A stretch of 24,211 nucleotides of DNA from Candidatus Krumholzibacteriales bacterium. Its GTDB lineage: Bacteria > Krumholzibacteriota > Krumholzibacteriia > Krumholzibacteriales > WJIX01. This document shows, piece after piece, positions 17,417-24,211 of the stretch. Every line of letters begins with the position of its first letter. Positions within the stretch are counted from its first letter, which is position 1. The position numbers were made by a program, and so were the translations under genes. The notes below the pieces were generated by a model that saw only the letters and a program-made list of their open reading frames with translations, was not told where the DNA came from and ran no database searches. The stretch spans positions 1-24,211 of the forward strand of contig JAWODM010000069.1 of assembly GCA_046483305.1 (NCBI GenBank). The letters are read 5' to 3'.

Positions 17417-20077
17417 TTGACCGGCAGCAGCTCTGAAATCTTCTATAACGGGATTCTCCCCTCCGTTCAGCGGCCGGGGCGGTATATAGGCGGTGAACTC
17501 AATCTGCTATCCGCCGGCTTCCGGGAGGGGGATTACAATCTTCTGCTGGCTTTCCCTGATGTTTACGAGCTCGGTATGTCCTATCAGGGAATCCATTCGC
17601 TGGCAAGGCACCTTTCACCTCTGGAAGGGGTTAACTTCGAGTTTATGTTTGCTCCCTGGCCGGACCTGGAGGAGTTCCTGATCAAGTGCGGGCTTCCTCT
17701 GATCTCCCCGGAGACCGGCACCCCGGCGGCAAGATTCGACCTGGTTGGATTTTCTCTTACCTATGAGCTTCATTATACCAATATGATCAGGATGCTCAGG
17801 CTGGCCGGGATCCCGCTGGAGAGCTCCGCCCGCTCGGAGGATCACCCCCTGGTGATAGCCGGCGGGCCCTGCGTGATGAATCCCCTGCCGGTCCTTAAGG
17901 GGCTGGACGCGGTCTTTCTGGGTGATGGAGAGGAGTCCCTTCCCCAGGCTGTAGAACTTCTCAGGGATTCAAAGGAGGAAAAAACGGGCAGGAGCGGATT
18001 GAAGAAGAAACTGGCCGGGATAGAAGGAGTCTACGTGGAGGGGTTCTCCGGCTCTGCCGAAGCCAGGAAGTACTCCATGGAAAGGGTGGACCGCTGCTCT
18101 CCTCCCTATACTCTTCCCGGTATCGAGAGCGGCTGGAAGCCGGCGGTGCCCCCAACCGGAATTGTTCACGACCGGCTGATAGTGGAAGTTCAGAGAGGGT
18201 GCACCCGGGGCTGCCGCTTCTGCCAGGCCGGGATTCTCTACCGGCCCTGCAGGGAGAGAACGGCGGCCGATGTGACCAGCTCGGTCCTGGAGGGTATAGA
18301 GGCCAGCGGCTGGGAAGAGGTTTCTCTTCTCTCTCTTTCCACATCCGATTACTCAAAACTGGAGGAACTGGCGGAAGTCCTGGCCCCCGGGCTCAGAGAG
18401 AGAAACGTATCGCTGGCCATGCCGAGCCTCCGGCCGGGTACGGTGACCGGCCGGATGATAGAGGTTCTCTCGCAGGGCAAAAGGTCAGGTTTTACTATCG
18501 CCCCGGAAGCGGGAACCGAGCGCCTCAGGCAGGTAATCAACAAGAGTATCACCGGCAGGGAGATAATAGACTGCTGCCGGAAGATTCTTCAGAGCGGATG
18601 GCGCACCCTTAAATTGTATTTCATGATCGGGCTTCCCACCGAAACGGAAAAGGACCTGGAAGGAATAGTAGGCCTGATAGAGCGGGTTCTGGAAATAAAG
18701 AGAAACATGAAACTCAACGTCACTATTTCGCCGTTCGTTCCCAAATCACATACTCCGTTCCAGTGGGAAAAGCAGAGCGGAATCGAGGAGATAAGGGAAA
18801 AGGAAGAGTTTCTGTCGTCCCGGCTGAATGACCGCCGCCTGAGCCTTCAGCTGAGAAACCCGGAAGTCAGCATTCTGGAGGGGATCCTCGCCCGGGGGGA
18901 AGAGGAGCTGTGGCCGGCGCTGATTGAAGCGGTTCAAATGGGGGCGAAATTCGAAGGCTGGACAGAGCATTTCAATTTCAGTATCTGGGAGAAGGCCCTT
19001 TCCGGATCCGGCATCGAACCGGATCGGCTGATTTCTGCGAGGGATCCGGATAAGCGGCCTCCCTGGTCGAGATTCAGCACCGGGGTGAGCGGTCGATTCC
19101 TCCGCAGAGAGAGGGAAAAAGCCTACCGGGAGGAGCTGACTCCCGACTGCAGGGAGGGAGAGTGCTCCGGGTGCGGAGTATGCGGCCCGGTACTCAGCGG
19201 CGACGAGGTGAGGGTATCAGGCGGTGCGGAGAGCAGAGATAAGCCCGTTAAAATGAAGTCCCCTGACGATTCTTTTTCAGGAGAGGAAGAAGATACCGAG
19301 CCGGTATATTTCCGTTACCGCTGCCTTTTCTCTAAAACGGGTAAGATCAGATTTGTTTCCCACCGGGACCTGGTGGATGTGCTACGCAGGGCCCTCAAGA
19401 GAACCGGGCTTCCGGTCTGCTACAGCAAGGGGTTTCATCCCCAGTCCAGAATATCTGTTTCTCCGCCTCTGGCGGTGGGGATGGAGGGCGAGAACGAGTT
19501 TTTCGATATCAAACTGTGGGAGCAGGCCGATTTTTCGCCGGAGGCCTTCAGGCCGCTTCTGCCGGCGGGCCTGTCCGTGACCAGCTGTACCGGGCCTTTC
19601 TCCAGAAGGAAAGGAAAGCTGCCTCCGGAAGCATTATTCCATTATTATCTTGATTTTAGTTTGATTAGGGGCATAATAGAATCAATGGGGGCCTCCGGAG
19701 GGAGGAACCCGCGCATGGAGAAATACTTTCTGCTGGGGAGGGCGCTCGGGCTTGAAGAAAGCATGGGTCTTGTCAGCGGGATGACCGATCCCGCCGCCCT
19801 GCTTGGAGATAAGATGAAATCCCTGTTAGATCAACAGGGGAAGATAACAGACCGCAGGGGCAGGGAGAGGCCGACGATGGGATCGCGCACCGGGGAGGTT
19901 GAAGGCGACCTGCTCGAACTGTTCCTGGAGGCGAAGAACGGAGTGGGGGTGACCCCAAGGGATCTTCTGGGAATATATCTGCCGGAGAACCTGGTCCCCC
20001 TGGTGAAGGTCAACAGGAAAGGAATATATTATAGGAGAGGAGGGGAATACTTGAATCCGGTCGAACTGATCAGCTGA
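17417..20077 (+). CDS. TIGR03960-family B12-binding-like radical SAM protein fused to a C-terminal TIGR03936/DUF2344 domain
   Basis: N-terminal VQRPGRYIGGE and FPDVYELGMS; CTRGCRFC (CxxxCxxC at 18200-18223); APEAGTERLR, YFMIGLPTE, FVPKSHTPFQW; Cys cluster CREGECSGCGVC; then FSKTGKIRFVSHRD..YSKGFHPQSRIS from ~19307. Upstream of rne/rng, as is typical for the family. Confidence 0.92.
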   Translation: MTGSSSEIFYNGILPSVQRPGRYIGGELNLLSAGFREGDYNLLLAFPDVYELGMSYQGIHSLARHLSPLEGVNFEFMFAPWPDLEEFLIKCGLPLISPETGTPAARFDLVGFSLTYELHYTNMIRMLRLAGIPLESSARSEDHPLVIAGGPCVMNPLPVLKGLDAVFLGDGEESLPQAVELLRDSKEEKTGRSGLKKKLAGIEGVYVEGFSGSAEARKYSMERVDRCSPPYTLPGIESGWKPAVPPTGIVHDRLIVEVQRGCTRGCRFCQAGILYRPCRERTAADVTSSVLEGIEASGWEEVSLLSLSTSDYSKLEELAEVLAPGLRERNVSLAMPSLRPGTVTGRMIEVLSQGKRSGFTIAPEAGTERLRQVINKSITGREIIDCCRKILQSGWRTLKLYFMIGLPTETEKDLEGIVGLIERVLEIKRNMKLNVTISPFVPKSHTPFQWEKQSGIEEIREKEEFLSSRLNDRRLSLQLRNPEVSILEGILARGEEELWPALIEAVQMGAKFEGWTEHFNFSIWEKALSGSGIEPDRLISARDPDKRPPWSRFSTGVSGRFLRREREKAYREELTPDCREGECSGCGVCGPVLSGDEVRVSGGAESRDKPVKMKSPDDSFSGEEEDTEPVYFRYRCLFSKTGKIRFVSHRDLVDVLRRALKRTGLPVCYSKGFHPQSRISVSPPLAVGMEGENEFFDIKLWEQADFSPEAFRPLLPAGLSVTSCTGPFSRRKGKLPPEALFHYYLDFSLIRGIIESMGASGGRNPRMEKYFLLGRALGLEESMGLVSGMTDPAALLGDKMKSLLDQQGKITDRRGRERPTMGSRTGEVEGDLLELFLEAKNGVGVTPRDLLGIYLPENLVPLVKVNRKGIYYRRGGEYLNPVELIS

Positions 20078-20091
20078 AATTAAGTATTCGG

Positions 20092-21669
20092 ATGAAAATG
20101 GCAAAAAAGCGAAAAAACAGTAAATCACATAGGAAGAATATGAAAAAAGAAATAATTATTAATTACACCGAACAGGAAGTACGTATCGCCAAGCTCGAAG
20201 ATGAAGAGCTGGTGGAGTTTTTTATTGAGCGCGAGGATGACAAGAGAACCGTGGGGGGGATCTATCTGGGGAGGGTAAATGCGGTAGTGCCGGGGATACA
20301 GGCCGCCTTTGTCGATATAGGCAGGGAGAAGGCGGCTTTTCTGCACGTAAGCGACGTGGGCACCGGGAGCGTGGACCCGGACCTGATAGAGGACGAGGAT
20401 ATAGATATCAATGAGGGCAAGAAGAATGTCAATACCGTGCCGATACAGAACCTTCTGAAAAAGGGTGACGAGATTCTGGTTCAGATCCGCAAGGAGGCGA
20501 TAGGGACCAAGGGCCCCCGGATCTCTTCGCAGCTGTCGCTTCCTGGCCGTTACGCGGTGCTGATGCCTGAGCTGAACCATGTGGGGGTGAGCAAGAAGGT
20601 CAGAGACCGGCGGGAGCGTTACCGCCTGAAGCAGATAGCCAGAAAGTGCCGGCCATCCAACTGCGCGGTTATCATAAGGACAGTGGGTCAGGGCGTGGAG
20701 GAAGAACACCTCAAGGACGATATCAATCACCTGGAAAAGAAGTGGAAGAAGATCAGCAAAAAGGCCAGGGGAGAATCAGCCCCCGCCCTGATACACGAGG
20801 ATGTGGACCTTACCATCTTTTCCATCCGGGATCATGTCAGCGAGGATATCGATAAAATCACCATTGACGACCAGGACGAATACAGCCGCCTGATAGCTTA
20901 TCTTAAATCTCACGCTCCCAATCTCGCCTCCAAGGTGGAGCTTTACAGGAAGGACCCCCCGATATTCGATTATTTCGATGTGGAAAGAGAAATCGAGAAA
21001 ACCCTGGAGAGTAAGATATGGTTCAGGAAGGGGGGGTACCTGGTTATAGAGCATACCGAGGCGCTGGTAACCATCGACGTCAACACCGGAAGGTTTACCG
21101 GGAAAAAGAACCAGGAAGAGACCATTCTGGAGACCAACCTTATCGCCGCGAGGGAAATCGGCAGGCAGCTCCGCCTGAGGGATATCGGCGGCATTATAGT
21201 GGTGGATTTTATCGACATGGAACAGGAGAAGAACAAGAAGAAGGTATATCAGGAGTTTCGAAGAGTCCTTCGCCGGGACAAATCTCCGAACCGGGTTTCC
21301 AAGATCAGCGACCTGGGCCTGATCGAGGTGAGCCGGAAGAGGGTCCGTCCCAGCCTTCTCCATTATTACAGCGACGAGTGCCCCTACTGCAAGGGCAGCG
21401 GCAAGATCCTGAGCATAGAGTCGATGGCCATGAAGATCGAGCAGTGGATAAGAAGATGCGGATACAAAGAGAAACTCAAAGGGGTTCAGTTCAGGGTCAA
21501 TACCCTGGTCGGTATGTACATCCGTAACGAAAGAGGGGAATATATCGATCAGCTTTCAGAAAAGTACAGTATGCAGATAGAGCTGATAGATGACCCCAAG
21601 CTGCACCGCGAGGAGTTCAAGGTCCTCTCCCTGGACGGGAAAAAGGATCTGAAGAGCAAGTATGTATAG
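20092..21669 (+). CDS. rng: Ribonuclease E/G family (RNase G-like, no C-terminal scaffold)
   Basis: S1 domain GGIYLGRVNAVVPGIQAAFVDIG, IDVNTG, RLRDIGGIIVVDFIDM, Zn-link CPYCKGSG. The start may be 20092, 20098 or 20140 (MKKEIIIN, AGGAAG upstream). Confidence 0.95.
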   Translation: MKMAKKRKNSKSHRKNMKKEIIINYTEQEVRIAKLEDEELVEFFIEREDDKRTVGGIYLGRVNAVVPGIQAAFVDIGREKAAFLHVSDVGTGSVDPDLIEDEDIDINEGKKNVNTVPIQNLLKKGDEILVQIRKEAIGTKGPRISSQLSLPGRYAVLMPELNHVGVSKKVRDRRERYRLKQIARKCRPSNCAVIIRTVGQGVEEEHLKDDINHLEKKWKKISKKARGESAPALIHEDVDLTIFSIRDHVSEDIDKITIDDQDEYSRLIAYLKSHAPNLASKVELYRKDPPIFDYFDVEREIEKTLESKIWFRKGGYLVIEHTEALVTIDVNTGRFTGKKNQEETILETNLIAAREIGRQLRLRDIGGIIVVDFIDMEQEKNKKKVYQEFRRVLRRDKSPNRVSKISDLGLIEVSRKRVRPSLLHYYSDECPYCKGSGKILSIESMAMKIEQWIRRCGYKEKLKGVQFRVNTLVGMYIRNERGEYIDQLSEKYSMQIELIDDPKLHREEFKVLSLDGKKDLKSKYV

Positions 21670-21681
21670 AACGGTTTCACT

Positions 21682-22881
21682 TTAATTCCCGGATCCGTTC
21701 CACCCTCCCAGTCTTGCCCAGAGATACCAGGCGGCATATGCCTTAAGGTTGGCGTTAAGGGGCTGAGTGTGATCGGCCCTGCACTGATACCACTCGCCGG
21801 GGTGAGCGTCCTGCCAGTCAATCGCCCAGTTGGCGTCGTGGTAGCCGTCATTGTCGCTGTCATAATCGCAGTTGTCGTCAGCCCGCTTATCGGCGTAGTA
21901 TGCCCCGTCCGGGTCGTATGATTCAATGTCCGCGAAATCGTAGAGTATCTTATTATTATTTATGCAGTAGTCGCGTATCTGCCGGTTCCTTATGAATATA
22001 TTGCTCCCGGTCGATTCTCCGGTAAGATGGCCGGTCATGTAGACGAAATCGACATCGGGGTAATCGTTCTCCAGGCCGGTCATCAGGGAGAGGTAGTTGT
22101 TTATGTAGCTCTCGCTGGCGTCCGCCACCTGCCCGCACCAGGACCAGATCACCACATTGACGTCAGTGTTCGAATCGAGGTATGTCCGGGTTGCCGCCTC
22201 CCAGGCCGAGCCGTCGGGACTTCCCAGATCGGGAACCCCGAAGGGGCGGTCGATCAGCCGGAGGGTATTATTCGCGCCGGTGCTGCTGTAATTGTACAGT
22301 TCGTCTCCCAGGAAAGCGGCCAGGGAATCCATCCCGGTAACCAGCTGGCTTCCGTGGGAGGTATGGCCGTATGCGATGACCAGGTTGTCTATGGCTCCCT
22401 GTATAGCCTGCCGGGGTATGGAATATATGTCGCGGCAGTCATGGTCTATTATCATGGAGCTGTCCGGAGGATTGGGAGGAGGGGTTTCATACGAGACATT
22501 CACGTAAAACCTGGTTGAATCAATATCCCCCCTGGTGTTATAAGCCCGGAATACGAAATGCTGGGAATCCATGTCTGCTTCGGCGGGGTAGAACCTGAAT
22601 TTTCCGGTAACAGGGTCGAAATCAGTTTCCGCCGGATTCATCTGGATATCGTTGATAGGAATATTCTCCATGCCGTAGTAGACGCTGTCTCCGGATGTTT
22701 CGGTTGCCTGTGCCCGGAGAGTCAGGGTATCCCCCACATATGAATGAGTATCAGGCTGTTCTGCCATGAAAAGGGTTCTGTTTTCCCCGGAAGCGGGGCC
22801 TGCGGAATCGTCCTCCCCGCATCCGGCAAGAAGGATAAATGTGCCGATTATCATGAATCCGATACCGGTATACAATCTCAT
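21682..22881 (-). CDS. Lipoprotein with an Ig/cadherin-like N-terminal domain and an uncharacterised C-terminal alpha/beta domain (possibly SGNH-like hydrolase)
   Basis: Lipobox LAGC; beta-rich domain (VGDTLTL..FDPVTGKFRFYP..FYVNV); Pro-rich linker TPPPNPP; then YGHTSHGSQL, VVIWSWCGQ, YMTGH, LYDFADIESYDPDG, WARLGGW. Confidence 0.8.
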   Translation of the reverse strand: MRLYTGIGFMIIGTFILLAGCGEDDSAGPASGENRTLFMAEQPDTHSYVGDTLTLRAQATETSGDSVYYGMENIPINDIQMNPAETDFDPVTGKFRFYPAEADMDSQHFVFRAYNTRGDIDSTRFYVNVSYETPPPNPPDSSMIIDHDCRDIYSIPRQAIQGAIDNLVIAYGHTSHGSQLVTGMDSLAAFLGDELYNYSSTGANNTLRLIDRPFGVPDLGSPDGSAWEAATRTYLDSNTDVNVVIWSWCGQVADASESYINNYLSLMTGLENDYPDVDFVYMTGHLTGESTGSNIFIRNRQIRDYCINNNKILYDFADIESYDPDGAYYADKRADDNCDYDSDNDGYHDANWAIDWQDAHPGEWYQCRADHTQPLNANLKAYAAWYLWARLGGWNGSGN

Positions 22882-22900
22882 TTAAATCATCAGCTTTCAG

Positions 22901-23119
22901 CTACTCGGTCAGTTCGTCCAGCCTCTTCGACCTTGCCGACGCGGAATCGGAGGCCGCTATCGCTCTCTTTGCCGTTCCCGCTCCGGGGATACCAGATTCG
23001 GCCAGTACGCTGTCTCTTTCCCTCCCGCTCAATCTCTGATCATCCGCGCTTTCATCTGAACCGCCCGAGCATCCGCAGATAATCAGCGCAGGCAGGATTA
23101 GTGCGGCTGTGAACCTCAT
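22901..23119 (-). CDS. Small hypothetical lipoprotein (72 aa)
   Basis: SD GGAGAGG before a GTG-free ATG start at 23119; signal peptide with ICGC lipobox; packs between neighbours with 19-bp gaps on both sides. Confidence 0.7.
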   Translation of the reverse strand: MRFTAALILPALIICGCSGGSDESADDQRLSGRERDSVLAESGIPGAGTAKRAIAASDSASARSKRLDELTE

Positions 23120-23138
23120 CGCCTCTCCCCTGGCCTCT

Positions 23139-23390
23139 CTACATTTCAGCGCGCGTTCGGTTTCTTTCTTCCGGCCTCCCGGTTTGCCGGAAATAGTACA
23201 TCACCGCAAGGGCGGCCCCCAGTACCAAACCGGCCGCAAAAACTATTCCCAGAACGGCCATGTGCGGCATGGTGAGGCGCCAGAACAGAATCCTGGTTTC
23301 GACGTCCCTGAAATTCTGAAGCACTATTATTATTCCCAGCGCTCCCAGCACTATCGCGGTTATCATCTTTGCTCTTGATACCCCTGTCAT
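23139..23390 (-). CDS. LapA/DUF1049-like small integral membrane protein
   Basis: ATG at 23390 with SD AGGAGGA. TM1, then LQNFRDVETRILFW..MP, then TM2 (AGLVLGA) and a basic tail, which is the LapA-domain QN-x-x-x-V pattern. Confidence 0.8.
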   Translation of the reverse strand: MTGVSRAKMITAIVLGALGIIIVLQNFRDVETRILFWRLTMPHMAVLGIVFAAGLVLGAALAVMYYFRQTGRPEERNRTRAEM

Positions 23391-23454
23391 ATCTCCTCCT
23401 TGTAAATTCTTCCCCAACTGTTCAATACGCTGAAGTGGAAAGCCTTCCTTCCTG

Positions 23455-23483
23455 ATTCTACAATGTAACGTCCGCCCCTGCAA
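23455..23483 (-). promoter_or_regulatory. Candidate sigma70 promoter for the LapA-like/lipoprotein operon
   Basis: On the minus strand: TTGCAG (23483-23478), 17 bp, TAGAAT (23460-23455). Confidence 0.5.
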
Positions 23484-23513
23484 ACAAAAAAAGTGGCAGA
23501 AAATTTACCGCCA
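23482..23513 (-). terminator. Intrinsic terminator after the FG-GAP lipoprotein gene
   Basis: Minus strand TGGCGG-TAAATTTT-CTGCCA (6-bp stem with one G.U) followed by CTTTTTTTGTTT, starting 13 nt after the stop codon. Confidence 0.6.
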
Positions 23514-23526
23514 ACAGCGGAGGTGG

Positions 23527-23934
23527 TTATTCGGTGGTGTTGATAAGGACCGATATACCATCACCTGCGATGGCGAGGTCAACTCTGCCGTCTCCGTTGA
23601 AATCTCCGGTGGTAACCGTGTTCGGGTACTGGCCGGTGAAATATGTTATGGGAAAAGAAAAGCTGCCGATTCCGTTGCTGGATATTATTGAGATATCATG
23701 GGAATTCCTATTCACAGATGCCAGATCCCAATCACCGTCTCCGTCGAAATCCGACGCCACGGCATCTCTCGGGTGTTCCCCGGTTCCGAATACTCTGGGC
23801 GCGGCAAAGCGGATATTATTAACATCTTTTTCTGTTTCCCCTTTATCCGCCGGAACGGTCACGGTATCCTCACTGCAGCCCATAGCTGCACCGAGTATCA
23901 TAATTATTAATGAGTATCTGCCGAATTTCTTCAT
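23527..23934 (-). CDS. FG-GAP/VCBS repeat lipoprotein with two repeats
   Basis: Lipobox AMGC; repeats PRDAVASDFDGDGDWDLA and PNTVTTGDFNGDGRVDLA. Confidence 0.85.
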   Translation of the reverse strand: MKKFGRYSLIIMILGAAMGCSEDTVTVPADKGETEKDVNNIRFAAPRVFGTGEHPRDAVASDFDGDGDWDLASVNRNSHDISIISSNGIGSFSFPITYFTGQYPNTVTTGDFNGDGRVDLAIAGDGISVLINTTE

Positions 23935-23983
23935 ATCGCCGCTTAAATATTTACAATCTCAATAGTGTCCGGGCCTTGGGATG

Positions 23984-24058
23984 ATTCTATTACATCCGGC
24001 GGCCCGAAATCAATTGTTATAATTATAACTTGACTTGAGACGGCCTGTTTGTTATTTA
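23984..24058. promoter_or_regulatory. Divergent promoter region with a central 14-bp AT-rich palindrome
   Basis: Minus strand TTGATT (24013-24008), 18 bp, TAGAAT (23989-23984). Plus strand TTGACT (24030-24035) with only a weak -10 (TATTTA, 24053-24058). GTTATAATTATAAC at 24016-24029 lies between them. Confidence 0.45.
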
Positions 24059-24095
24059 TGAATTCCTGAATTGATGTTTACGGGAGGCAGTAATA

Positions 24096-24211
24096 GTGTA
24101 CGCAGTTGTAGATATAGCTGGTGATCAGATAAGAGTCGAAGAGGGCATGAAGGTCCGCGTCCCCCTTCTCGATATCGAGGAGGGAAGCACCGTGGAGTGC
24201 GACCGGATCCT
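24096..24211 (+). CDS. rplU: 50S ribosomal protein L21, N-terminal part (runs off the window; not in the ORF track)
   Basis: GTG at 24096 after GGGAGG translates as MYAVVDIAGDQIRVEEGMKVRVPLLDIEEGSTVECDRI, matching the L21 N-terminus MYAIIxxGGKQYxVxxG; expected downstream neighbour of rne/rng. Confidence 0.93.
   Translation, partial: MYAVVDIAGDQIRVEEGMKVRVPLLDIEEGSTVECDRI

Noticed and set aside
16019..20077. TldD plus radical SAM read as a RiPP biosynthetic cluster
   Set aside because: No precursor peptide, RRE/SPASM domain, YcaO or exporter is seen, and the radical SAM belongs to the TIGR03960 family in its usual rne/rng context.
21670..24095. Mobile element or prophage explanation for the inserted block
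   Set aside because: No recombinase, transposase, phage gene, terminal repeat or target duplication was found.

Overview
Bacterial chromosomal window in three parts. (1) About 1-4100 is a visibly AT-richer accessory stretch with a probably 5'-truncated GT-C-like membrane protein, a secreted lipoprotein with a putative glycoside hydrolase domain plus a PKD domain, and a PAPS-dependent sulfotransferase. (2) About 4200-21670 is a GC-rich co-directional housekeeping run: C69 dipeptidase, ecfT, truA, transaldolase, an HtrA-family protease, purB, purL, purQ, a tandem PurS-like protein, purF, tldD, a TIGR03960/TIGR03936 radical SAM fusion and RNase E/G. (3) At 21682-23934, four minus-strand envelope genes (three lipoproteins and a LapA-like membrane protein) separate rng from rplU, which starts at 24096, runs off the window and is absent from the ORF track. 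The best leads are the 212-aa single-chain double PurS in a reordered purL-Q-S cluster, the GH/sulfotransferase/GT-C glycan island, the uncharacterised radical SAM-DUF2344 fusion and the lipoprotein block interrupting rng-rplU. I found no rRNA, tRNA, CRISPR array, transposase or integrase. Family assignments are by motif recognition only, since no database search was run. The lipoprotein style suggests an FCB-group lineage, but that is a weak inference.
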